Source: Lama glama (taxonomy: Eukaryota). Taken from it: a stretch of 64,000 bases of DNA. The notes beneath the pieces were generated by a model that worked only from the letters and a program-made list of their open reading frames with translations, was not told where the DNA came from and did no database searches. Each line of letters opens with the position of its first letter. The first letter of the stretch is position 1. Positions 11,791-23,410 of the stretch are shown one piece after another. Position numbers and translations under genes: made by a program. The stretch is from assembly GCA_028534125.1 (NCBI GenBank), contig CM052838.1:63488001-63552000 (forward strand). The letters run 5' to 3'.

Positions 11791-12839
11791 ATTTCCCCAG
11801 GAGTCGCTTTCCTTCCCCCCTGGTGGCACACTTCACAGACAGGGTGGGACAAGGTTCCTGCAGTGCCTAACGGCATGGACTGTGGAACCAGCTGCGCTAT
11901 CAGACAGCTCACCCAAGGCAGGCCCCTCTGATGTCCTGCAGAACAAACGGGCACATGGCCTTTGTCATCATAACACTGGGGAAACACAGAGCGAGGCTAG
12001 TGGTGTCAGTCCTTTGTCTTTGTTGTCTCACACTTCAGATGACACCAGGGAAGAAAGCGGGGGGGAGGGCGGTGGTCAGCCCCCCAAGTCAGAGAATGTC
12101 AGAGCTGGGCCCACCAAGGTCACCCCAGGCCAGGCCCTATGACCGGTTAACAGCACAGGTGGGAGGAAAGGTCAGCTTCAAATATTAATCTATTTTTCTT
12201 CATTCTCCTTTTTCTTTGCATGGAAATTGGTACCTTTATACGCACATCTCTTGTATTTGGGTCACTTGGGTGACAGGACACGTTATGTTTAAGCAACACC
12301 TGGGACGCCCCGTGTGCGTGAGGGAGCGAGACTGTGAGCCACAGGTGTTTGTGTGAACAGCTATCAGACAGCGGGCAGGAGGAGGGAAGTAAGGCTCACT
12401 CTGCCCTGCTACGTCCTTCTCTCAATACTTCTTTAGAAAGGTTATGTTCAAAATATTAACAATAAATACAGACACGGAGAAATGAATGTTGCCCAGAGCC
12501 TCCCGGAGCCCGCACAGAGCAGATGTCTGGCCGCTAAGCTGTGAGCCCACCCAGGTAACTGGTCTGCAGCCTCCAAGGGGGCAGACGGCGGCTGCCGTCC
12601 AAGGTCCAGGACAAATGCCATCCCGGGACCCGGGTGCCACCTTTCTCCCAGCCCCAGTGCCGGGGTGCTGACGACTTGCCGAGGCCTTGTTAGCGACAGC
12701 GGCAGGGACCGTGCAGGGGTCTGTCAGGTGGTCACGGCCCCCGACTTGCCTTTTCACCCCTTGACCTGTGTTTCTGGGATTGAGACCCAAACAGGCACAC
12801 AGCTTCCTTGTAAGCTGAGCTCCCGCCCTGGAAGGTGAG

Positions 12840-13340
12840 ACGCTGGTGCCCTGCGGAGCCCACCCCTCCCCTCCTCCCACCCCAGTCGTGCTGAAATGAA
12901 AAATTAAAAAGACCCTGCCGTCTGGGCGGCCCGTGGCGGCCGCACTGGGGCCAGGTGGGGCGCTGCGGCCGCGCTCCGAAGCCCGGGCTGGCTCGTCCCC
13001 GCAACGCCGCCACCGCTGTGACTTCTGTTGCTGTAACCGCGTCCTAGCGCGGCTCGGGGAGTCGGATTACAAAATGATCTGTGGCCGCAGGAGTGGAGGA
13101 GAGGGCCATCTGACTTGGGGAAGCAGCGCCGCAAGTTGGGAATGATATATGAAATGGGACATCCAGAGTCAACGCTCAGTCGACACACGCGGCGCGGCGG
13201 GCTGGCCCCGCGGTGCCCGGCCGTTTCCCTGTAACCAGACGTTCGGCTCAATCAGCAACAACCCCCCGGAAAACCGCAGCAAGTCCCTAAGTCGCAGATA
13301 AAATATAGCCGCTAACAGGCGTGCTGTTAATTAGCCGGAG
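12840..13340. promoter_or_regulatory. CpG island, candidate orphan promoter/enhancer
   Basis: About 500 bp of very GC- and CpG-rich unique sequence (GGGCGGCCCGTGGCGGCCGC, CACGCGGCGCGGCGG). RUNX (AACCGCA, 13272) and GATA (AGATAA, 13296) motifs lie at its right edge. Confidence 0.65.
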
Positions 13341-15589
13341 AGTCAGGGGAGAGAGAGAGGAAGATGGATTTCCACACGCACAAACACCCAGCTCTTCCCC
13401 TCCCCTCCCAGGTCCTTCCATCCATTTGCCTTCAAAAAGGCCAAAAATAAGCACAGCCATCTTTTTTCTTTTTAACAAATGCTAAAATGGAGCTGGTTAT
13501 CACACCCTGAAAGGCGAGTGCTCTGGGGCTGAAAGCCAGCGGGGATGGGGAGCTGGTCTGACTCCTTCATCCCAGCGGTAAAATGAAAAAGAGGTGATTA
13601 TTTAGAGTTCTTCAACAGGAAAAGGAAAAAAAAAGCAAAACTGGTTTTAAATATTTTTTAAAACTCTTTAACTATAAGTTGCCACTTTTTAAATTTCAGA
13701 AATACCTTACAGTTAGTGCCCAGATTCTGTGGACAGCCGGTGTACTCTGGGTCTCGCACGCACAGGGCCGTCTTTGTGGACACCAGCCTTCCAGATTCTT
13801 TCAGATGCAGGCAAGGCATTCACAAAATGTGCCCTCAACCAAACTGCGGCTCCCAAGGTAAGGATTTCATGTTTTTACTGAAAAAACCAGGACAAGCCCA
13901 GGGCCACGGTCCAGAGTTTCTCTCCCCGATGAAGGCCTCGGTCCTGGTCACACGGTACCGCATAATGATTTAAACCATCAAAACGGGGCCAAATAATTAG
14001 CAGATGAAACTCACGGATTCCAGTTGTATGACTGTGAGATTAAATGAGCCATTTATGGATTTCAGAGAGAGAGGAGACTAAAATGTTTTATAGTGCAGTT
14101 AAAAAAAAAGTCATTGAATGATTCCCTCGTGTTGAATATTTCCTAATGTCAGAAACAGGGTGGATGACACAGAAATCATAAATCCTATTGCTAAGTGTTA
14201 AAAATCACTTTTGTCTGCCGTCTTGGTAGAAATTCAATAAAGTGGAATGGAGGACTTGTGTACACACCGTGGCCTGGACGAGTACACGGCTCATTGGAAG
14301 GAGGACACGGGTCTCTAGATTAATTGCATTTCATTCTTTAATAATTGGTCACTTTTTAAAAGCTCGCTTTATATAAGTCCTAATTTATCCCAGACGCCAG
14401 GTACGTGCATGTCACATGCATACACGTCCTACTGTGCGCAGTGCCCTGGACGTCAGTGCCGCCCTGCCATTCGGTACCATCCCAGGAGCGTTGGAATTCT
14501 AACAGCAGCAACCAAAAACAGGGGCTCTGAGATCTTTTTCTTTTCCCCGTCGTGTTAGACAGCGCTTGGTCTGTGTTCCTGACCTGTGACTCGACAATTA
14601 TTTCCTAAATAGTAAGGCAGACGTGGGTGCTAATAAAAGTCGTGGCCTGATTTTTAAAACCAGTCACCCAAGAGGAAGACCCACGGACCCTCCCCGGCCG
14701 TGCATTCATCACTGAACCTGGAAGGAGAGGGGTTTGTTCACTGCAGGAAAACGAGGAAAAATTTGCCCCAGTTATCCGTCAGCTTTTTAAATCGGAGCCT
14801 TCGATATAAAACCAAGCTAGATTTTAAACCTAGCTCTCCCAGGTGAGTTGTAAGCATCTGTCTATAAGGAGAGGTGTACTGACAAAAAAAAATTCGCCTC
14901 TGCGGTAATTCTCAGAAGCCGTTAGTCCTCCCTTTCCAGAGGGGGAGGCAGGGGCCTCTCCCCACGCCCAGGAACCTCCCCCGCTGCTTTTATCAGAAAC
15001 TGGCTTTTTTTTTCCCTGGGAGATGTGTGCAAAGACAGGCTGACAGACAGGAAGTGTCCATTATCCCCATGAAGACACAAATGGCTTTCTGATGCTTCCC
15101 CGGTTGTGACTTGGGCGCCAGCGCCTCTCTCGTTTGCAGATATCTCCTTTGCGTGTCCCATTTTAGCTGTCCAAATTAAGGCTGTTTTTAAAAAATCAGC
15201 TCAGAGAATTTTTGAGAGAAACAGAACAACCCCCGCACAGCCCCCCCCCCAAGCCTGGGATGGACTCCTGGGATGTCTGACTCCAGCCACACAGCCAACG
15301 GAGCCCGGGGCAAAGCTGGAGAGAGGCAGAAACGCGGAGCGTTCCATTACCAGCAGAAACAAACACCTTTCCAGCAGGTTCTACATAACTGCAAAACAAA
15401 ACTAGGGAGAAGGTATTTTTGATGTAAATTCCAAGCAGCTGTGACCCTGTATTTTCTTGAGGAAATAACACCATTTCCTAAGGACGTCTAGCACTGGGAT
15501 CTCGGGCAGCATCACAATTTCCTTTCTTGTTTACTCAGAAGCCCCCGATTTTGGCTCTGGTGTCACACCGAAGCGTCTTGCCTGGGTCT

Positions 15590-16140
15590 GTGGGCGCCGG
15601 GAGCCGCGTCCCGGTCCCCGCTCGGGGCGAGCACAGCGGTGCCCTCGGAGGGCCGCACCTGAGCTGTGTGCTGTGAAGAAAGCCATTTCGCGGCGCCAGG
15701 TACGCGCACCCCAGGGCCGCTTGGGCTGGCGGAGCCTGGGAACTTTGTGCAGCCGCAGCGGAGGGGGTGAAAATGAATCCGATATGGAAATGTCTGAAGC
15801 AATAAATTAACACGCAGCAGGGGGGGTGACAGCTTAATCCTGTCTAGTCCAGACTCTACCTGACACCCATGGCTGTTCCAGGAGGTGGGACCCCGGGATG
15901 CTACTGGAGCGAAAATGAACACTCCCCAAAGATTTGATGCTTTGCGATAGGTACGAAATAGGATTCCACGAAGGAGCCAGAACGGCTCCGATGGTCTTTG
16001 TACGTTGAATTCCAGGTAACCTGTCAGCAGGCAACTCTCTCTCTCCCCTCCTTTTTATTTAATGCAAAAGGGGTATCCTTGACATTTAGAAAAACCATGG
16101 AAAACGGGGATCCTCGATAAAGCTTATCAATGTATTTCTT
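15590..16140. promoter_or_regulatory. CpG-rich patch plus candidate enhancer core
   Basis: CpG-dense 15590-15770, followed by CAATAAATTAA, TGACAG (15827), TAATCC (15835), CTGTCA (16021) and an inverted GATA pair GATAA-AGC-TTATC (16116-16128). Confidence 0.45.
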
Positions 16141-17880
16141 ACTACAAAACAAATAATTCTGCAGGCCTCTTTCTTTCTAAAGTTATATTATAGCAGGCTT
16201 GACAGTAGCATTGATGAAACAAAAGATGAGAACCTCCAAATATTTTGCCCAGATTTCTTTGCCTGAGACAAACAAGTATTTCCTTATTGTGCAAAGTCCT
16301 TAATTTATGCATATCCTTTGAAACAGAACTGACCAGAGTCTGAATTGTGTTCCTTGAACAAACATTTATGAGAGATATTTAGAATGCACCCTCTCCAAAA
16401 AAAAAGAAAAGAGAGAAGAAGAAGAACCTGGAAACAAATTCACAAATTGCTTTGTTTGAGTCATCTGTCTCTTCTTGATGTTTTGTTTGGAATATTTCAT
16501 GTCCAAGGTCTTTGGAGGTAAGATTCTAAAGTGCACATAACTATTATTTTAAATCAACAAATTGCTTCTGGAGCCACGTTGTACAGGTGCCCGGTCCTTC
16601 CACACTTTTAAAGCAAAGCAAATTTGAAGGATAACATTCGTTTCTCCCCTTAAGGTTGAAAACAATACATTTTTTATAGACACTCCATTTTTATTGTTCG
16701 TGAGGAATTTCCAGGCTAAACAATGAATCTTATATTTTGGTTCTTCCTTTTTAAATATAACATTAACTCTTCACATGTATATTGTACAGTTTTAACTATA
16801 ATTTAAATGCAGATCATTTAATGAGAGGAGACAATATTCTGTCTCAGATTTTAACTTTCTGTTTCTAAAAAACTACACAGACATATTTATATTAAGTATG
16901 GGGCTTCTGGTGGATTCGTTGGTGGATTAAACAGAATCACAAGATGCTAATAATTTATGTCACCTCTCATTTTAACCATGCCAGAAAATGAATTTCCATA
17001 GTCTTATTTTTTCATTTTTTTTATTTGCTCAAATAGTTTTCTTATCAGGAATATTTTAAATGCTCGCTGCTTTTGTTCAAAATATTTTAAATGCTCATTG
17101 TAGCAATTATAACTTTGCTAGTTAAAAGTCAGATAATTAAACACACAAAGACAGACCCTTTTTTTTTGGCATTTATCCTTTGGAGACTAGAATTTTAGCA
17201 CAGCTAAAGCAATGCAAATTGGATTCAGTTGTCTGTAGATTTCTTGCTGCATTTTAAGACCACTTGCTCTCCATTCGCCCCTGCTGGGGGGACCAGCAGC
17301 ATTTTTTCAAGAATAGAATTGTCTATTGAGGCAGGATACCTAGCTTCTGCCCCGGGAAGGATTAGCAACAAGAAAAAAGCGCTAAGGGCAGGAAGGATAA
17401 CATATTTAAAATAACCATACAGCTCATAAAGGAGTCGATTAGTCAGAGAGAGGTGATAAAATCTCCCGCTGCGAGTACAGAGCACACAACAACACGGATT
17501 GCAACAAGGAAAAGATGGGAAATACTGCTGATTCCAAGTGAGGGAGCTTGTCCACAGGTTTTACTACTTAAAAGTTTACAACATTTCCTGGGCCATGGCT
17601 TCTTTCCTCCAAGATGGTTTGGAAGATCACCTGTTTACTGACCACAGATTTTTTTTTTTTAATGTTTTGAATTAACAAAGCCAGACAGAGCACTGTTACT
17701 GGGGCTCCTGGATTTTCTCAAAAGGAAAGGAAAGCAGGGGCTGTTTGTGTCTCAAGTGCCTTCTCCTGGCCCTGCAGAGGCAGACACCAGCTCCTCCTGC
17801 ACCTGGGGCCACCTGCTGATGGTGCCAAAGACGGTGCTGGAGGAACTCCACCCAATGTAGTGTAGGGCCACTGGTGTCTC

Positions 17881-18193
17881 TGTGTGCGTGTATGTGCATG
17901 GTGTGTGTGTGTGTGTGGTGCGTGTGTGTACATGGTATGTAGTATGCAAGCTGTGCATGGTGTGTGAGTGTGTGTGCATGGTGGGTGTGTGCATGGTGGG
18001 TGGGTGTGCACGGTGGGTGTGTGTGCATGGTGGGTGTCAGTGTGCATGGTGTGTGTGCATGGTGGGTGTACATGATGGGTGTGTGTGCACGGTGGGTGTG
18101 TGCATGGTGGGTGTGCACGGTGTGTGTGCGTGCATGGTATGTGTGCGTGCATGGTGGGTGTGCGATGTAAGTGTGTGCTTGTGCGTCTGCATG
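17881..18193. repeat. GT-rich minisatellite, unit approximately GTGTGTGCATGGTGG
   Basis: Directly visible degenerate tandem array. It accounts for the His/Thr/Pro- and Val/Cys/Trp-rich ORFs at 17696-18383. Confidence 0.95.
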
Positions 18194-18385
18194 TCCTTGC
18201 CCCTTATATTTTCCTCTGTCCCCCAGTCTCCGTCCTGCTTCCCAGAGGAAATTTGGCCCCAGACAGGGCATCATTTATCCCTGTTGCCATGTTCCCCCAT
18301 CCCTCCCTGCCTCCCACTGGCAAATCTGTTGCTATAAACAGATTTATATAAAATTGAAGTCTGGCTCCCTTCTGAAAGAATAAAA

Positions 18386-18417
18386 GCACACACACGCACA
18401 CACACATATACACACAT
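18386..18417. repeat. Imperfect (CA)n microsatellite
   Basis: GCACACACACGCACACACACATATACACACAT. Confidence 0.85.
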
Positions 18418-20118
18418 CTTAGCTGTCAAAAGCTGACCAAACCATCTCGACTTGGTGAAGTCAATGTAGAACCCACACTGACCTGGCCAAGTCAATCTCA
18501 TGCAGTGGACAGGGTCTTTTACATGGATGTGTGTGGCCTCTGATTTCCCCTTCTTTCCAGACTTTTCTTAGCATGGTCCAACCATCTCGCAGCTCCCATT
18601 AGACCCAGCATCCCCCACGAATCTTCCCTCTCACCCGCCCGAGTCTTGTGTGAGAAGGGGCTTTGCTGAGCCCGCCCCCACAAGAGCCATGCTGCTCACA
18701 GAGGGCTCTGAGAGGAACTTGGATGTGACATCTAGGAACCTCATTTCCAGCGGCTGAAATGAGCTCCGGGCCCACGTGGGAGATGTGTGGCTGTCGATCT
18801 TTCTGAATACACTTCACGACATTGATTTTAAATCCTCTGCCATTGTTTTCCTTTGGATTGTATGATCATCACGCTCATTTAGAGGCCCCAGAACTCACAT
18901 TGTCAAAATCAACTGACTGTTTCTGACTTGCTGATTTTCCATGAAAAACAGGGAAAACTCCAATATGTGGGGGAGAAAACGTTTGGCTGTGATGTGAACT
19001 AAAACGTGCCACTTCACTGGACCGTGAAAAGTTCCCCACTTATGTGTGCTGAGAGTCCAATTCTCAACTTAGGCTCCAAATCCCCCACTGCTGATGTTAC
19101 ATCCTGAACAAATCCGATCCCGTGGCTTTTTAAAGGAAGGTGTTTCGCTGTGTTCTTAACAAATAGAATCAAAATACATTTTGCAGCATCCTGTCCAAAA
19201 GGGCGGACACCTGGAGGAAATGCTTGAGCAGCTGAGGAACAAAGAGGATCCTTTTACTTTTCATGAGTAATTTATTTAAACCTCTTTCTCTTTGAAAGTC
19301 TCCTCAATAACACGCGGTCTCAGCAGCAGCAGAGTGGCGTGGACCAGCCTGGCCCCGGCGTGGCCCACGCTGAAAATAACAACCCTGCCGGTCAATAAGG
19401 CCCCGTGTCCTACTTTTGTGTCCCTGCTTTATGTGTGTGTAACTCACTTTAAAGACAATAGAGTCTCCAAACAGAGTGCAGGAGGCCTGGAGGAGCTGGC
19501 CTGTATTAACACGCAAACACCAAACACAGTTCCTGGTTCATTTCCTTTCCAGAATATTCCGAGGGGGGGAGTGGTGTGGACTTGTCAAGATGTATGCCTG
19601 AATTTGTGTTTCCGATAGCAAATCCCCTTCTTTCCAAGGGTTTTGGTCAGAAAAATACTGCAGGGAAGTGTAAAAAACAAAAACAAAACAAAAAAAGGAG
19701 TTGAAGCAATAAGCCCTAGAAATTTCTTCCAGAGGAGGGCTGTGAATTGTGTCTCCAGTCTCTACAAAGCTCTGGTTTTATTTCCCTTAAAATTGTAACG
19801 ACTGTCTGTGTGCTCAGCGCTCCACTCCAGGGACACCAGCCCGGAGACACAGATGCGCCGGGGTGTCCGTCAGTGGAGTCAGGAAACCCCACGTTCACAG
19901 GCCAGGAAGGGGGTGCAGGCTGACGCTCTGCACGCCCCAGACACATTCCAGCATCCCTTACACAGTGCTCGCCCTCCAAATTTCCTTTACACTTTGTTTA
20001 CTATATATTCCAATAGTGTAATATTAAACAAAAACAGTGTGTCCCACGCCAAGATGATGGATTACGGCACCGTCACAAGGTCACCTCCTAGGGACAGGCT
20101 GGGTGCAGGAGGGGCCGT

Positions 20119-20282
20119 NNNNNNNNNNNNNNNNNNNNNNNNNNNNNNNNNNNNNNNNNNNNNNNNNNNNNNNNNNNNNNNNNNNNNNNNNNNNNNNNNN
20201 NNNNNNNNNNNNNNNNNNNNNNNNNNNNNNNNNNNNNNNNNNNNNNNNNNNNNNNNNNNNNNNNNNNNNNNNNNNNNNNNNN
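20119..20282. other. Assembly gap (164 N)
   Basis: N-run. Confidence 1.
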
Positions 20283-20925
20283 CATTTTCCCTGCTAGGAT
20301 CCACACGCTTCTGCATGGGTCCTGACGAGCAAAACCTTCCTCATCTTCCTCTGCCTTTCCCCTTCTGCTGGATATTGGGCAAAAATGATTATTACACTAA
20401 TGAAAAGGTGCAGCAGGAGATTAAGGGCTTTTTAATCAGATTTTGGTAACATCTGTGGGCCACGAGTAAGGGCAGCTGTATGCTCCGTTTCTTAATTTTA
20501 GCCAGATTTACTTTGGATATAAAATTGTTAGCCTCGGGGAAAATCGAGTAGGGGGGTGAGGAGGGGGAGAGAGTCGTGGAGAAACTACAGAACCAAAACT
20601 GTTTCAAAACACCACAGGAGAAACCTCTTCTGCTCTAGAGATTTTTTCCCCCCCTTTCTTTCTTTCCTGGAAAAGATACACAGTGAAACTACAGAAACAT
20701 GTTTATAAGAAATCATACAGCCAGATTGAACAGAAATGTCTCCGGAACACAGGGGCAGCCGTGCAAGCTGGGATTATCAGGGGTTCTCACCACTTACAGT
20801 TTTCAAGGGTCATTTTTCCCTCTAAGCCACCCTTTAACATGACCTGCACAAGCCTTCAGGTTTCTGCTCATGTTCTATGTAAATACAGATGAAACAGAGA
20901 GAATATATAGTCCAGTAAAGTTGCC

Positions 20926-20958
<33 letters not shown>

Positions 20959-21190
20959 TTTTTTTTTAACTAAAGTGTAATCAGTTTACACTGTTGTGTC
21001 AGTTTCTGGTGTCCAGCATCATGTTTCAGTCGTACATGCACATGCATACATTCCTTTTCATATTCTTTTTCATTACAGGTTACTACAAGATATTGCCTAT
21101 AGTTTCCCGTGCTACACAGTAGAAACATGTTGTTTATCTGTTTTATACATAGTAGTTAATATCTGCACATCTCGAACTCCTGATTTATCC
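20926..21190 (-). mobile_element. 5'-truncated younger L1 (cetartiodactyl/camelid-type 3'UTR) with (TA)n at its tail
   Basis: (TA)n plus poly-T, then AGTGTAATCAGTTTACACTGTTGTGTCAGTTTCTGGTGTCCAGCA...GGTTACTACAAGATATTG. Aligns with the copies at 44728 and 49188. Confidence 0.9.
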
Positions 21191-23388
21191 CTTTATATTT
21201 TTAAATTAATTTGCTTCCCACTTTTGATCGTGTGCTTGCCTTTCTGTGGAAGCAGCGAAGCTGCCATCACTTGGCAAAGTGACGAAGGTGGAGACTCCCA
21301 GGTGCGTATGACACTCATGTGTTATCTATTCAGGACTTTGAACCACCAGAGCTGGATATTCTGAATACCCTGTGCTAGGAAAACAGATCAGACAAGATGC
21401 ACACATGTGGGGAAAATTTTCTCGAATGTAATATACGACTAGTACGCGTCTGTGAGGATGGTTCACTGATGTGCACTGGCTCTTAGCTTTGTTTCATTTT
21501 ATGAAAAGGCAAAAGTGCTGGAGGAGGGGATAGAAAAACATGGAGGAGAGTAAATTTTTCAGGGCTAAAGGAAAATTCTCACCAGAAACACTCTAGTCCT
21601 AAGTGGAGTCTCCCTTCAATGTAAGTACAGGATTCCAAAGGGCCATTGTCATTGATCGTTTCCTATTGGCCAGATCCTCTGTTAAATCACCAAATGACTT
21701 ATCAAGAATAATTTCCAACTGGTAAATGGTAAAATTAAGGTTTTTGTCATCTTTCACAGGTATCTCCTGTCTCTGGGCAGGAACTGTTACTCATTAGGAC
21801 AAGGACGACACTAGGTAAAAAAGCCTACAGTCACCTGGACCCACAAAGTAGCCAAAAGACTGTGGCAAAAAATGGGCTCAGAGTCTCGTGAGGACTGCCC
21901 TTGTATTAGCGTGTCTGTAGAAGACGGGCCTCATTGTCTTGATGATGTTCAGAAAAACTGGACCAGATCTGGGTCTTGTCCAAAGAGTCAGGCTTTTTTT
22001 TCTGCAAAGACTCCTTGAGGGACAGAACCAGTCCCCGCTGCAAACACAGACAAACCAAGGCGTGGGTGGCGCTTTCTTGAAAATGGGTGCAGGTTGGGTG
22101 TGTATTCATGTGACAGCACTCACCCCTCACATCCCTTCCTGGAACCCAGGTCTGTAGTTTTTCCCTAGAGAGGACTGAATCCACCTAAAAGACAAGGAGA
22201 GGGGAAAAAGGAAGGGTGGAAGGAAAACAGTTTTCAAATGGAGAAGACCTCCAGTTGGGAAAAATCTAGAAAAAGAAATACATCAGAAAATGCTTCCACA
22301 TGGAAGTGACAAGCTTGCACGACGTCCGTAAGACTGTTTACCCGTCTCAGTTGTGAAAAGTTACTAGTTACAACAGCACAAGTTTGCTGCAGAATGCGGT
22401 GTTCTGGTGCCGCTGTCTATTCAGGGCATTTCCTGTGAAATCATAATTCACACTGGGTTTTAACTCAATAGGAGGAAATGTCTGCAACGCTTCTTCCTAC
22501 GACTTTCTCGTCCGACCGTCGGTAACCATCGTCGTGGGCTGAATCGTGCTGTGCCCACGACCCGCTGCTTTGGGGGGCTTTGCCTTACACTTGACCCTGA
22601 TACTTTAGATTCAGCTCATTTACAAAGGTTTCCCTTCATTCATTCTTCCCACTTGAAAAAAAAAAAAACTTTTATTTCCGAGATATTTCCACCAGGCCCA
22701 CGTTCTCGAGACTTGCATTTCGAAGAACTGGAACCGTCCCTGTATATTCAGTCAGTGCTCCCTCTCCCCCGACGGGAAGGACCCAATCAGAAAAACAGCT
22801 TTCAAAAAGGGTTGAAAAAGCTTTCAAACATCTCAGGGAAACAGAAGGGAAATCTTCAAGGAGTGTGTCTGCAGCCAGGAAGGGAGGCGCCAGGTCTGAG
22901 CTTTTCACCCTTTCGTTTTCTGCTCACTTGGTAGATACCGCTTTTGGGGAAAGAGACCATCGCGGACCCCACCCAGGGTAGCTCTCATCTGTTTCCCGTG
23001 GACCTGCGTCTAGTGGTGATTGAATAACGTAGCTCATTCTATTCCTACTGGGATGGGATCCATGACTTTTCTAATTTGTTCCTACTTCCCTTAGAACTCA
23101 CAGCCCAGCCAGTGGCACTTCAGGGGCCGTCAGGGGCAGCACAGGGCAGAGACACTGAGGCACCGGCAGGCACAGTACGGCTGACTCTCTGAGGGTTCGG
23201 CCAGGCCCCGCTGATGGGGAGCCTGCTCAGAGCAGCACAATGGCGCAGAGCGGATGCCACCGCCTTTTCTGAGTTTTTATCTACGGATCCAAATGTATAC
23301 ACCTATTTCTTCTTCCTTTTAAAAGCCCCAGGCCACATGTACTAACAATTCAGATTGTGTTAAGGAAAGAAAAAAATCCTTCTCACTG

Positions 23389-23410
23389 CACGCACACGCA
23401 CACACACACA
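23389..23410. repeat. Short (CA)n microsatellite
   Basis: CACGCACACGCACACACACACA. Confidence 0.7.

Noticed and set aside
11383-12142. 148-aa and 194-aa ORFs in GC-rich sequence
   Set aside because: Low-complexity Arg/Gly/Pro/Ser composition, overlapping on both strands, with no recognisable domain or exon structure.
11896-12372. 13-bp repeat GCTATCAGACAGC occurring twice about 460 bp apart
   Set aside because: About 0.5 such nearby pairs are expected by chance in 64 kb. There are only two copies and no array structure, so it is not CRISPR-like.
16095-16130. Polylinker-like cluster (NcoI, BamHI, HindIII) suggesting vector contamination
   Set aside because: Matches to cloning-vector polylinkers are only 9-10 nt, the site order is wrong and the flanks are ordinary genomic sequence.
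17696-18383. Long His/Thr/Pro- and Val/Cys/Trp-rich ORFs (up to 192 aa)
   Set aside because: They are translations of the GT-rich minisatellite, open in several frames on both strands.
22512-22561. CpG-rich hairpins CCGAC-C-GTCGG and GTCGTGGGC...GCCCACGAC
   Set aside because: Several 9-bp inverted repeats with short spacers are expected by chance in 64 kb, and this one is too short for a pre-miRNA.
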